Counted from the stretch's first letter, positions 26,555 to 40,189 are shown. The stretch is 64,000 nt of DNA from the human T2T-CHM13v2.0 reference genome, Homo sapiens (GCF_009914755.1 NC_060932.1); one strand, 5' to 3'. Translations and numbers: made by a program. The notes: a model not told the origin generated them from the sequence alone.

Positions 26555-28561
26555 CTGGGATGGGGGTGAGGGCAGATGCAGAGAAGTCAGAACCCACGTC
26601 CGTCACTCCTGTCCCTGCTCCTCACACTCTTCACCCTGACCACCCCCTTCCCTGGAATGGTCCAGAAGCCAGGACAGGGCATAGCACAGCCAGATTCCCT
26701 CTGCTGAACCTCTTCTTCAGATACCTACAAAGGTCTCACAGCTACAGAATATAGCAAGAGAGAGGTTAAAAAACACAGAAGCCAGAATAGCAAGAAGTGT
26801 ACATGATGGGGAACACAGAAGAAAAAAGGAGAAAAAGAAGGGGGTGGGATGCAGGGGAGCCTAGGGGAGGAGGGGGCCACCTCCTCTGCATGGTGCCACC
26901 AGCCACACCTCCCAAAGCTCCTCACCCCCAGCTCCCTAGTCACAGGCTCTTCCGGCCCCTGTGCCTCCTCGGATGTTCCCAGGTCCCCACCCTGGCATGC
27001 AGGGGTCCCACATTCAGCCCTCTGCCCACTCCACACCACAGGCTCTCCCTGGGTGGCCTCTGCTCCTCCCACACCATCCAGAGAGGTGCCCAGAAAATCT
27101 CCGCCTCCACGAGCCACACACATCTCAAACTCGTTATGTCTAAGCCTGGGCTAGGCGTCTCCTCCTACCCTTGTCAACGCTCCTTTCCCTTTGATCCCTC
27201 ATATTGCAGCCTTGAAGGTATCATCTCTTATCTACCCTGGTCCCCCATGTCAGAATCCTGAGGGTCACCCTTGGTGCCTCCCTGCACAAGCACTGGCAGC
27301 CCGCTGAGCTCACCTCCTAAAGATCCCTCCACCCCATCTCCCATCGCTGTTCCCCTCCCACTGCTCTGGTTCACAGCCACCACTGTGTGCCCCTGTGAGC
27401 AGCTACTATGGCCTTCTGATGGGCCTCTCTGTGTCAGGTCACCTGTCAGAATTGATTCACTCTGACTCCCGCTGCCTCACAACACAGGCAGATTCACTTT
27501 CTGGAATGCTGATCTGATCTCACACCCTTGCTGACATTCCTTCAAACACCCACAGTACCACTGTCACCCCTGCAGGACAAGAAGATCTAAATGCCTCAGG
27601 CCTGCAAGGCCCTGCATGACAAGGATGCTATCTACCTGTCCAGATAACTCTTGCCACTCTGGTCATCTTCAGTGCTATGTAGCAAGGCTACGTGATTGGC
27701 AGTTCCCTCCACCCGCCATGGTCTTCTGTGGAGCCCAGGACCTCTGCCCAGGGTGGACTGGCAGGCGCCCCCTGCCTCTTCAACTGACCGATGCCCAGCT
27801 AACCATCCACAGATACATTCTCCAAGAAGCCTTCAGGGCCTCCCTCTTCCTGGCTGACTTGGGCATCCCCATCCTGGGCTCCTCAAGAACCCTGTGCAGA
27901 CCCCCCGCCCAGAGCAGCTCACTTGCACTGTGATCATAAGTGACCCCTCTCAGTCTACCTCCGTCAGGCACCTCCTCGATGACTTGGATCCCTGAATCTC
28001 TAGTGCCACACAGAGAGGGAGGAACAGAAGGATGGAGAGATGGACAGAATAAATAATGGAGGGAAGGAAAGAGGGAAGAAATCTTCAGGTGGGCATGGAT
28101 GGCAATGGGTGCTGGGCTGGAAAGATCAAAGGCAGACTGAGCTAGACTGTGGCTAACCTCTCTCTGGCTTCTGGGTTAGGAGTTTGACGATGTGAAAAGG
28201 AAGTCGATTCCAGGGGGAAGTAAACTCGTTAAAGGGAGACATGACAGATGCCAGCGATCCTCATGAGAGGGCTCAGTCTCCAAAGGAAACTGGCTGAAGC
28301 TGTCCCAATAACAAACCAGACCAAATAACAGGCTTGACATAGGTTCAAGACCTCTGGTGGTAAACTGAGGCTGGCCTACTGACAGCTCTGGTGTGAATCT
28401 CCAAAAGCTCAAAACCCAAGGTCCCCACGGGCAACACCCATGGCGGAGAAGCCTCATCTACATCACCAGCCATCCCCACGGAAGGAGATGGGAATGGCTA
28501 GGACAGACTCCAGGAGGGGTGGGAGGGGCTGCTGGGGTTGGGGAGAACATCCAGAACTTAC

Positions 28562-28702
28562 GGAGGCATGGGTTCTCGGTGAAGTCCCTGAGGAACTTCT
28601 CACACTCCTCCTCCATGTTCCCGCTGCCACGACAGCTGCACCAGGGGGACACCACGATGCCAGTGGGGCTGGAGTCCACATAGTTAGGTGTCATGTCAAA
28701 CC
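28562..28702 (-). CDS. GFRA2: GFRA2 coding exon 6 (domain 3)
   Basis: ctgcccag|GG TTT GAC ... TGC CTC C|gtaagt. 141 bp, phase 1-1, encoding FDMTPNYVDSSPTGIVVSPWCSCRGSGNMEEECEKFLRDFTENPCL; joins the previous exon in frame (G|GG Gly). Confidence 0.97.
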
Positions 28703-29508
28703 CTGGGCAGGAAGAAAGGTGGGGGAGAGGAGAGAGGTACGGTGGGGCCTTCCCCTTGGGCCCACAGACCAACCCCAGGCACAGCAGGGCAGAGGCGTGG
28801 TACCCATCCTCTGACCTGGCCCCAAAACACACATCCATCCCAATCGCACTCCTAACTCTGAGCATGACTATCCCAGGGACCATGTTCAGCAGGGGCAGAG
28901 GGGCCAGCAGCATAGAGGACACTGGGCTCCTTGCCACCAGGAAGGCAGAGAAGATGCCCTGGAGCCCCTCCCAGAGTGTGGGCCCTTGCTTTGTCCTTCA
29001 CCAGCAAGCAGCCAACATTCTCAAATCAGGGTGAATGAGGCTCACATCCTGGGATCGGACCCCAGTGCCGATATTTATGAGCGAGGTGAGACTGTGCAAG
29101 TCACTCAACTGCTCTACAGCCTCAGTTTCCTCATCTATAAAATGGAGATTATCAGCACCCCGCTAGCAAGAGCTGTTGGGAGAATTCAGTAAGACAGTCC
29201 ATGTAAACTGCTCAGTGCAGAGCCTGGAATGTCAGAACCATGCAATAAATGTTACCTTTGCTTCTTTTCTCAAAAGCTTTAGGAGGTCCCTGGGGCCCTC
29301 CTTCCCCCATGATAAAGAGCTAGGTCCTCCGCCTTGTTACAAAACTGCCTTTCCCCTGGTTTCCCCTCGCAGCTCTCTGAATCTGATGCAGAGAAGGCCG
29401 GGCTCAGGCTGTCTCCCCCAGCTGGCCCTGAGCTGGGCTGCGGCCCCTGCCCTGCTGAGATGGGGGCAGCAAGGACCCACAGAGCCCAGGTGAGCAGGAA
29501 GAGCTTAC

Positions 29509-29618
29509 CAATCATGCCAGCATAAGAGCCCAGACACGCCTGGTAATTGTCCGCAGGGCAGCTGGTGACCGTCTGGTAGGAGGCTCGACAATTGGCATGG
29601 AAGTCGGCCAGCCGGGAC
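29509..29618 (-). CDS. GFRA2: GFRA2 coding exon (canonical exon 5), start of cysteine-rich domain 3
   Basis: Minus strand ...ccaccaccag|G TCC CGG ... ATG ATT G|gtaagc. 110 bp encoding (R)SRLADFHANCRASYQTVTSCPADNYQACLGSYAGMI(G), recognised GFRalpha2 sequence. Confidence 0.97.
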
Positions 29619-31321
29619 CTGGTGGTGGGTAGAAGACGCAATAGAGAAAACAGGGGTTCAGTCTAGCTGCCTTCTGTCTCCTCTGTCCTGCCAGTGGCAT
29701 CTCCTCCCTGCAGCTTCCCAGGGTGGAAGAAGCCAGGAAGAGGGAGGGGAGGAAAGTCGGGGGAACCAAGTCTTTGTGGGGGCTCAATCTGTGAGCTTCT
29801 TGAGGACAGAGACTTCCCGGAGAGACAGGCACATAGTGCGGCTTAAGAAAAACCCAGTCATTGGCTGACAAAAAGGACCCCTCAAGGCACAGAAACAGCC
29901 TGCTCTAAATGGCTCTTTTAGGCTGGAGCCGGGTGGGTTTGTGGAGAATGCCTGGACCCCAGGCAGGAAAGCTGGGTCCACCTTCTGAGAGGCTGCAGCC
30001 CTGGATGAGCCTGCCCAAGTCCTTCAACCCGGCACTGCAAAATCCCACCAGCAAAACAGGTGACTAGTCCCTTCCCTAGATGCTTCATAGGACCTATCTG
30101 AGGGTCAAGGAAGCCAGTGGCCAGGGAGGCAAAAGAGTCTCCCTGGGTGAGACATGCCACGGGCATCCTCCCCTGGTCTCTTCTGCATTAAGCCAGAGCA
30201 AAGGCTCCTCTGCCATCCCTCCACCCCTACCCTAGTCCCACCAGGCAGAAGCGGCCTTCCCTTCCCCTGGTGACGGTAACACGCCGCCACCCATTCCCCT
30301 CTGTCAGCATCGATGACACTGCATCAAAACTCCTTGTGCACAGCTCTATGTTCCCCACTGGGCCATGAGCCACTTGAAGGCAGACAGTGTCTGAGCTGGG
30401 TCTGTCCCCAGCCCTCAGCTCCAGACCTAGACATGGAAGGTTCCATGGAACATGGGGAATCCAAGTCTAATATGCATGGCCATCTCCATTCCTTCCTCTT
30501 CCTCCTGCCCTGGGCCCTGGCCAGGAATGTTACCAACAGCCTGGGCTGGGGGAGGATGCTCCCCCTCTGCCATGTCAAGTGACAATCATCACCTTCTACA
30601 GGTGAGTGTCCTTTGCCACACACACAGCCCTCATGTATCATATCAACTATGTCTCACAGCAGCTCCAAATAGCTAGTAATAAGGTCTGTTCACGGGCCTT
30701 TCCCAATGATGGGAACTCAGTAGGACTTCAGTCGCCATGCACTCCATGAGAATTCTATGGTGACTCGACAAGCTAGCTGCAGGATGGACCAGAACCCAGG
30801 TCACCCAAATCCCTTGACCACATCCTTTGCACATATAGCACCTCATGAAGCCATCTCCGAGTTCACCACAGGTTCAGCTCCCCTGGTTCTCCACTGGAAC
30901 CCTGTCCCATTTGGGAAAGGAACAGGTAGAAGGAGAGACAGACAGAAGGCTGAGAGGGACTGAGCCAGCCTGAGCCAGGAGAGAGAATGCAGGCTTTCCA
31001 CCGGAAGGTGCTGGTGCCTGCTGAGGGGGCCCCCACCATGCAGACACGGGCTGAGTATGTCCCACCACTGGACAAATTCGTTTCTCTGGAGGCCCCCGCG
31101 ATCCTGAGGGATGGTTCTGAGAGGAGGAAACCCTCCTGGGATGTGCCCCAGGACCCTGCAGGCTAAGAGAAGGCCATGGGTACCAAACCAAGAGTCAGCT
31201 CAGCTCTGCCCTAACTCACTGGGAGACCATGCCCAAGTTCCCTGCTTCTCCGGGACTCTAGTTTCTTATGTATCAAATGAATAAAAAGTACTCTAATTAG
31301 CACTTTAAAAGGCACTTTAAC

Positions 31322-31452
31322 TGTTTGGGATGATTAAAAAGTTCTGGAGATGGATGGCAGTGAAGGTTCCGGAACCATGTGAATATACTTAATGCCACTG
31401 ACTTATACACTTACATGGTGCATTTTCTGTTATGTGTATTTTACCACAATGA
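31322..31452 (+). mobile_element. Old L1 (L1M) 3' end fragment
   Basis: aaaagttctggagatggatgg...gtgaatatacttaatgccactg...tatgtgtattttaccacaat. Confidence 0.75.
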
Positions 31453-32065
31453 TGGTTTAAAAGGTACTTTCATATCCATCTTTTATCATTTAACCCTCAC
31501 AAATGCTCCGTGAGATCTGACAAGCAGTTATTATTATCCCATTTTATAGATGAAGAAGCTGAGCCTCAGAGAAGCTAAACAACTTTGCCCCCAAGATCAC
31601 AGAGTCACTGAGTAGCAGAGCCAAGACTCAAGTCTAGAGCTCCAACAAGGTGGGCACCATTTCTGGCAGGCCCCAGTGCTCCTGTGTTGCAGGAGGGCCT
31701 GGAGCCCTTGAAGGCCCTTCCAGAGCCATCATTCTGCACCTCAGGAAAGCAATGTCTTCCACAGGAAACGAGGAGGAAATCTGCAGTTATCCCTGCCTTC
31801 TCTTCTGCCCATAAATGCACCCTCTGCTTCCTCAAAACAAGCAGCAGCAGCATTTCCAAGCAATCCTTCACCCCTGCAGGAGACAACTCCATCTTAGATG
31901 TCAAAACCCACATCCATCCCCCTCCGCAGCCAGCAAATGAGAGAGAGTGCTATGAGAGGGGAAGGTGGGAGTCTCCATTCATGTCCCAGACCTCCAGAGA
32001 TCCAAGAGGTGGCTTGAGAGGGGACAGAGACTCTTAACAGGTAGATGGGATTTAGAGACAAAATC

Positions 32066-32519
32066 TGTTGAGTTCAATTATACGTCCCCCACAAAAAAAG
32101 TTGCAGTTTTAATCCCCAGGACCTATAAACATGATCTTATTTGGAAATAAGATCTTTGCAGATGTAATCAAGTTAAGATGAGGTCACAGTGGATTAGGGT
32201 GGGCCCTAAATCCAATGACTGGTGTCCTCATCAGAAGAGAAGAGATAGGCACACAGGAAGAACGCCATGAGACAGCAGAGGCAGAGATAGGAGTGATGAA
32301 GCCAGAAGCCAAGGAATGCCCAGGGCTGCAGCAGTGCCTGAAACTAAGAGAAAGAGAAAGGCATGCAACAGACTCCCTTTCAGCCTTCAGAAAAAAGCAT
32401 GGCCCTGCCAACACCTTGATTTCAGACTTCAGGCCTCCAGAACAGTGAAAGAATAAACTTCTGTTGTAAGCCACCCAGCTTGTGGTACTTTGCTACAGCG
32501 GCCCCAGGAAATGAATGCA
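32066..32519 (+). mobile_element. MLT1 (MaLR) solo LTR
   Basis: ttatttggaaataagatctttgcagatgtaatcaagttaagatgaggtca...aataaacttctgttgtaagccacccagcttgtggtactttg. Confidence 0.85.
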
Positions 32520-35144
32520 GCCCTTTCAAAGACTTCACTGTTTGCTTTGGCCAAATGTCTCCCTCCAGAAGAAGCTAAGGGGATATGATCAGGTCCGAAC
32601 ACCGGAGTGGGCTGCAGGTGGGCAAGAAGATAAAGGCAGGACCTAGCTCCTTCAGGGTGTGGGACAAGGAGGCCACTGGATAATGAGCAAAGCCGCTGGT
32701 TCCCATCCTCTCCCCACCAAAGGGCATCCAAGCACCAGGCCTTAGCTCTAATGCAGGAGTCCATTCTAACGCCAGGCCGTCATGCATCAGGCCCAGCTCT
32801 CTCCTGACCCACCAGTCCCTCCCCATGAAGCCCTTCCCACCTAGCTGTGTGGATTTCTTCCGTTTCCATATTCTAGCTACACACACATAGCCTGGACCAG
32901 GCAACTGAAAGATTCATTGCATGAGCAGTTCCTGATTTTGCCCTACTGGGTTTTTCCAACTAGAACACACATTCTCAGAGTGGCAGATTCCATTGATTTC
33001 CTCATCCATATCCTCCACAGCTGCTCCTCTGGGCAGGTGTAGATAGCCATGCATCCTTTCTCCAAATACACATCGAGCCCTGCCGCGTGGCTAACAGACA
33101 AAAGATGGGAATGGCAAGCGTGGACGCAACATCAGAAAGGAAACTCCAGCTAAGGGGCCGGGGTAGTGTGCCTGGGGGCCAGGGACTGGGGCAGTGGGAG
33201 ATCATTGCTTGCTTATCTCCCTTGGGGAGCACACTGCCCACCACAGCAGACCAGAGGGCCCACACACTCTCTGCAGGTACTGGGAGCCTCCCAGGCAATG
33301 CCAGTTCCCACCCAGTGCACAGGGAGCCTTGCTTCCCTCCCGCAAGGCCAGTTCTCCCATCCCTGACATTGGGAACCCTCAGGACCTCGACTGGCCTCAC
33401 CATCCATGCAGCTTCTCAAATGCCTCCAGCCCCACACGCTGGAGAAGGAACAGCAGCATGAATGGGGAGTACATGGCTTCCTGTTCCTTTGCCCTTTGGG
33501 AAATCCCAAATATTTCCCTGACGGGCCACAAGGAGAGCAGGGCCATAGGGAGAGAGGCGGGAGTAGAGGAAGCCAGCCAGGAAACAGAAGGTGAAAGCAT
33601 CCAGACCCAGGTGGGGCTGGCCAGAGGGACTCCTCAGGGAAGAGGGGAGGGGCAGACCCAGCCACTGGGGAAGGAGTGGGTATCTGTCGCATGGCCACGC
33701 TCCATCTCTCACTCGCTGTCTGTGTGACCTTGGGCTGGCCTGTCATGTCTCTGGGGCTGTGTCCCCAGTGAACAAACAGGGAGAGTCACACCTGCCAACC
33801 TCCCGCCTTGGGCTGCGACAGAGAGCTAAGGAGACAATGAGTGAGGGCGCTTGGAATGGCAGGCGCCCGATGGAGACAGGAGGCACCATCCTCATCTTCC
33901 TTCTCTGCCTAGCGCTGTGCCTGCCACTTGAAGTGCACAGCAGGAACAGCTTTCCCTGGCGTCTGATACAGAAGGAAAAACAGACCCACTTATCCTGCAA
34001 GGTGGATCTCGGTCCCACACAGGGCAAGTGAGCGCATCAAGGAGACGGGGCTCCCTCTCGCTCTCCTGTTCTACCATACCCCAGCCTGCTGGAAACCAGG
34101 GCCTCCTGACCCCACCGTCCTTCTCCATGCCATGCTGGGGACACAGGAAGAGGCACACAGCCCTCAAAGCAGGGCAAGGCACTCAGGGCCCCTTGGCTAG
34201 GCCCCCGGGTGACCACTGACAAGAGCACCCCCTCACTCCTCTGAGGTTATGACCTACTTCTTTCAAAGCAGGCCTGATTGCTGGTGCCAGGGCCTTGGAG
34301 AGCTATTCATAGCAAACGGAGGGGGAGAACACAGGCCTGAGCCCGGCAGACAGCAAAGCGTACGGCAAAGTGAAGAGAAGCAGCTAAGCCTTCTGTTCCT
34401 CCATTGCGCCATCCTCAGCGTCCAGCAGCCTTGGCAAGATAAAGTGACAAATGGAGCTATTTAGGAGGACACAGAGTCCAAGCCCAAGGCTCCAGGAGGC
34501 CTTTGATTGCTAAAGTTTCTCTCTGCCCCTCCACGTGTGATCAAGTCCACAGCAGTGGGCTCCCTCTGCCAGCATCAGAGACCACGTGGTATAATTTCCT
34601 TGAAGCCCTGGACACTGTCCCACTCCAGCCATGACCCCTCGCCCCAGCACTGCTAGGCAAATTTCTCCAAGGCAAATGTTATGCTTTTCATAATACAAGG
34701 CTGCTGGTGATCTCTGTGCCTTCTCTAGACCAAACGTCACTCTTCCCTCCAACACCAGGAGGTCACTCCTGGACTCTGGTCTTGCTGCTGAGAACAGACT
34801 TTTCCTGGATCAGCCCTATCACTTTGCAGTTTCCTGCCTTTTAAACCCCTTGTAAGAGAGATGGTATAAAAGAAGGCATGAGAGACAGAGAGAAAGAGAG
34901 AGAGGAACAGATAGGAAAAAAACAGAGAGCCAGCAAGAGAACCAAAATGAAGAGGAGCCAAGTCCATCTCGGCTGAGACCAAGCTAAGTCTGCCAAGTGA
35001 GCTCAGGGCAGCAGGTGGATCTGTCTGGAAAACACAAACCCTCTCTGGGCGTGTTTCCTTGGCAGCTGTAGCCTGTTCAGTTGCAGGAAAGCAGCAGCAG
35101 GAGACAGAGAGAGAGAGAGACACTTGACCCCCAGTTGGATGAAA

Positions 35145-35256
35145 AGGTTGCCATATTAAACGAAGAACGTGTAGGTTCATTTGAATTTCAGACAATGAAT
35201 ATCTTTTTTTAGCATAAGTATGTCCCACATAATATCTGGGAAATACTTACGCTAAA
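35145..35256. mobile_element. MER53 palindromic MITE, left part (split by SVA)
   Basis: aggttgcca...tttgaatttcaga...ttttagcataagtatgtccca-loop-tgggaaatacttacgctaaa matches the MER53 hairpin as recalled. Confidence 0.8.
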
Positions 35257-35271
35257 CAGTTTTTCTTTTTT

Positions 35272-36680
35272 TTTTTTTTTGATCATTCTTGGGTGTTTCT
35301 CGCAGAGGGGGATTTGGCAGGGTCATAAGACAATAGTGGAGGAAAGGTCAGCAGATAAACAAGTGAACAAAGGTCTCTGGTTTTCCTAGGCAGAGGACCC
35401 TGCGGCCTTCCGCAGTGTTTGTGTCCCTGGGTACTTGAGATTAGGGAGTGGTGATGACTCTTAAAGAGCATGCTGCCTTCAAGCATCTGTTTAACAAAGC
35501 ACATCTTGCACTGCCCGTAATCCATTTAACCCTGAGTGGACACAGCACATGTTTCAGAGAGCACAGGGTTGGGGGTAAGGTCACAGATCAACAGGATCCC
35601 AAGGAAGAAGAATTTTTCTTAGTACAGAACAAAATGAAAAGTCTCCCATGTCTACTTCTTTCTACACAGACACAGCAACCATCCAATTTCTCAATCTTTT
35701 CCCCACCTTTCCCCCTTTTCTATTCCACAAAACCGCCATTGTCATCATGGCCCATTCTCAATGAGCTGTTGGGTACACCTCCCAGACGGGGTGGCTGCCG
35801 GGCGGAGGGGCTCCTCACTTCTCAGACGGGGCGGCTGCCAGGCAGAGGGTCTCCTCACTTCGCAGACAGGGCGGCCGGGCAGAGATGCTCCTCACCTCCC
35901 AGACGGGGTCGCGGCCGGGCAGAGGCGCTCCTCACATCCCAGACGGGGCGGCGGGGCAGAGGCGCTCCCCACATCTCAGACGATGGGCGGCCGGGCAGAG
36001 ACGCTCCTCACTTCCTAGATGGGATGGTGGCCGGGAAGAGGCGCTCCTCACTTCCTAGATGGGATGGCGGGCGGGCAGAGACGCTCCTCACTTTCCAGAC
36101 TGGGCAGCCAGGCAGAGGGGCTCCTCACATCCCAGACGATGGGCGGCCAGGCAGAGACGCTCCTCACTTCCCAGACGGGGTGGCGGCCGGGCAGAGGCTG
36201 CAATCTTGGCACTTTGGGAGGCCAAGGCAGGCGGCTGGGAGGTGGAGGTTGTAGTGAGCCGAGATCACGCCACTGCACTCCAGCCTGGGCACCATTGAGC
36301 ACTGAGTGAACGAGACTCCGTCTGCAATCACGGCACCTCGGGAGGCCGAGGCTGGCGGATCACTCGCGGTTAGGAGCTGGAGACCAGCCCGGCCAACACA
36401 GCGAAACCCCATCTCCACCAAAAAAATACGAAAACCAGTCAGGCGTGGCGGTGCACGCCTGCAATCGCAGGCACTCGGCAGGCTGAGGCAGGAGAATCAG
36501 GCAGGGAGGTTGCAGTGAGCCGAGATGGCAGCAGTACAGTCCAGCTTCGGCTCGGCATCAGAGGGAGACCGTGGAAAGAGGGAGAGGGAGACGAGGGAGA
36601 GGGAGAGGGAGACGAGGGAGAGGGAGAGGGAGACGAGGGAAAGGGAGAGGGAGAGGGAGAGGCAGAGGGAGAGGGAGAGC
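35272..36680 (-). mobile_element. SVA retrotransposon (SVA_C/D-like), same orientation as GFRA2
   Basis: Poly(A) (T-run to 35280), SINE-R (~35281-35775), GC-rich VNTR (~35776-36200), Alu-like domain (~36200-36570), (CCCTCT)n hexamer (~36574-36679); 15-bp TSD cagtttttctttttt at 35257-35271 and 36681-36695. Confidence 0.95.
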
Positions 36681-36695
36681 CAGTTTTTCTTTTTT

Positions 36696-36755
36696 ATCCA
36701 GAATATTTATTTAACTGGGCATCCAATATTTTTATTTGTTGGATCTGGCAACTCT
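36696..36755. mobile_element. MER53 right part
   Basis: atttaactgggcatccaatattttt...atctggcaact, the inverted terminus matching the left-end ggttgcca. Confidence 0.75.
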
Positions 36756-37085
<330 letters not shown>

Positions 37086-37203
37086 TGATGAATACATAAG
37101 CCTCCAGCAAAGGGGAAGAGAGCAGGGCTGAGTGTGCAAAGATCAAGCCACACAAGCAGAAGTCATCTAGATTTGCGTGGGTACAGGTGGACTTTCTATA
37201 GGT

Positions 37204-37410
37204 CACTGGTTCTCAAAGTGTGGTCCGCAGACCAAAAGCATCATATCAACTGGGAACTTCTTAGAAATATAGATTCTCTAGCTCCACCCTATCTCCCTGC
37301 CTGGTTCCGGACAAGCAATATCTGAAATTCCAGGAGCAGAGTCCAGCAATCTGCACCTTAACAAGCCCTCCCAGGGATTCTGAGGCAGGCTGAAGTTTGA
37401 GAATGTGGCC
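37204..37410. mobile_element. MER5A hAT MITE
   Basis: ggttctcaaagtgtggtcc...ttagaaat...ttaacaagccctcccagggattctga...aagtttgagaa. Confidence 0.8.
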
Positions 37411-37823
37411 ACCTGCACAGGTTTCAGAGCTGGGCTTGTGGGTACCTTTCAGACCTCACCTCCTAGTCTCAGCTTTAAATATCCACACTTTATGGCTTAC
37501 CCATAAAAAAAAGCAGTGCTTTGCGCCACAGCCAGAGAAAGCCCACAGTTACGTGGCAAAGAGTGCACGTGTTTGTGTACAAACACACACACACCTATCG
37601 CCACGGAGACACACAGTTACACTTGGATACATACTTCCCAGCACTATGCTTTGGTCTTCACCAACAGGAAGTATACAGGAAATTGTTATTAATAAAACCT
37701 CCCCTGGTCCAGGCTGTAAACACCTTCCCAAGAGCATACTTTCCCAAATTTGTCTGATGTAGAATAATATTGGGGATCCCCAAAACTTTCCAGTGCTGAT
37801 CAATACATACTGGTCTGAAGTTC

Positions 37824-38108
37824 TTTTTTTTTTTTTTTTTTTTTTTGAGACAGGGTCTCACTCTGTCGCCAAGGCTGGGCAGTGGCACAATCTTGGCTCA
37901 CTGCAACCTCCACCTCCCAGGTTCAAACAATTCCTGTGCCTCAGCCACCGGAGCAGCTGGAATTATAGGTATGCACCACCATGCCTGGCTAATTTTTTTT
38001 GTATTTTTAGTAGAGATAGGGTTTCGCCATGTTGCCCAGGGGGTCTCAAACTCCTGGCTTCAAGTGATCCACCCACCTCAGCCTCCCAAAGTGCTAGAAT
38101 TCCAGGCC
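37824..38108 (-). mobile_element. Alu, slightly 5'-truncated
   Basis: Antisense Alu with T-run; TSD ctgaagttct. Confidence 0.9.
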
Positions 38109-38874
38109 TGACTGAAGTTCTCGTTTATCAGGTGATACCTGTTATGTCACTTCCATGGAAACCAGGTTTGTCCTGGTTGCAGAAGTGAAAGAGGAGGGGG
38201 AAGAAAGGGAGTTGACATTTACTGAGGACCTACTATGTGTCAGGCGCTATTATCTCATTTAATTTTCTGAACAATCCCACGAAGTAGCATATTTCACAAT
38301 GAGGACACAGAAGCTCAGAAAGGCTGGATCGCACAGTCACACAACCTGCAGCCAGCACACCAGGCCAGGTACGGTGGCTGACACAAACAAGGGCGGCCAC
38401 CAGCACTGCCTGACACAAAGGAATGGGGCACTTGAATATTTCATGGAGGGAAAAAAGGGTTTCCAAGAAGTGCAAATTACTCATGATAGGTTTCATAGAC
38501 AATTTATGGAAACGTGGAGAAAATGGCCTTAATAGCCCCAAGTGCCTCTGGAATGGCTTTCTAACGTCCCCTCTGGCAGTGCAGGCCTTGGTTAAGTGGG
38601 TTCAATGTGATGTGACACTGAGAAAAGGGAAAATGAATGTCACCCACATGGCTGCTTTCCCACACCTCCAGGGCTCACTGTGGACAACCTGATCTTCCAT
38701 CCTTTCCAGTGTCTTCCTGCCACCACTGGTTTCATGAAGTCAAGGACCAACTTGGCTCCCTTCCTTCCTGTTTATTCTTTAACTGTACAGTGGATACTTA
38801 CTATTCTTTCTGCCCAGAACAGCAGCTCCCCTGGGGTGGGCTGGGGAAGAGGACTTCCTCGTTGGGCCAGATAG

Positions 38875-39145
<271 letters not shown>

Positions 39146-39617
39146 GGGCCAGGTGGTTCTATTAAAGGCTGTATGCCACCTCCTGGGCCCAGGGGGAAAC
39201 ATGACCTGGGCTGGGAAGCCACGGCACCCCTTTCTCCTGGCCACACTGGCCTAGAGATAAGGAAATAATGTCAGCTGGGCCCAACAGGGTCCTTGTCTAA
39301 AGTTTTCCTAATGGGGCAGGCAAGGAAAAACATGCTTTTCTTTTTGGTTCTAAGATACAACAGATGTGAACCACAATTCTAGCCTCATAATCCTAATAAG
39401 AATACACATGCAGCTAACCGGAGGGAGAAGCAGAAACAAGGTACAAGAAAAGCAAGGGAGAGAGAGAGAACGAGAGAGAGAGAGACCAAGACCTATCTGT
39501 ACATGAGTCCCTGGGATTCTCCTCTGCCCTTCCTATATTTTATTATGTAAGCCAATTGATTCTGTTTTTATTTTTCTTAAGGTAGTTGGGTCTCTGTCAC
39601 TTGGAACAGAAACATTC

Positions 39618-39898
39618 GGCCAGGCGCGGTGGCTCACGCCTGCAATTCTAGCACTTTGGGAAGCAGAGGCAGGCGGATTACTTGAGGTCAAGAGTTCAAG
39701 ACCAGCCTGGCCAACATGGCAAAACTCTGTCTCTACTGAAAATCGAAAAATTAGCCAGGCATGCTAGCACACACCTGTAATCCCACCTCCTCGGGAGGCT
39801 GAAGCAGGAGAACCACTTCAATCTGGGATGCAGAGGTTGCAGTGAGCCCAGATCACACTACTGCGCTCCAGCCTGGGAAACAAAGAAAAAAAAAAAAA
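39618..39898 (+). mobile_element. Alu (AluS-like)
   Basis: ggccaggcgcggtggctcacg...; TSD acagaaacattc. Confidence 0.92.
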
Positions 39899-40189
39899 GA
39901 CAGAAACATTCTTGACTACTATTTAGGTCACTCTCTAATTCTGCATGACCTCCTTTGTCCAGGTCCTAAGCAATCAGAAGAAGCACACACTAGAAAGGCC
40001 ACGTGGGCCAAAAACAAAACCCACAAAGGATCTGTCCAGCCCAAGCAAAAGAGCCAGGACTGCAGGAGTGTTGGAGTAGGCAGATGGCCAGAAGTAGGCA
40101 GGCAAGGGGGCCCCTGGGAAATGAAGTCCTGGAGATGCTGCCCACTGACACTCAGCAGAAAAGACAACGGCTATACTGTCTACTTCTGG

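Noticed and set aside
28458-29641. Track ORFs 28458-28937 and 29279-29641 (and 26364-26606) as standalone proteins
   Set aside because: Only the internal segments bounded by AG/GT are GFRA2 exons; the rest is intron read-through.
35448-36254. 268-aa ORF and neighbours
   Set aside because: Antisense translation of the SVA SINE-R/VNTR, a common artefact peptide.
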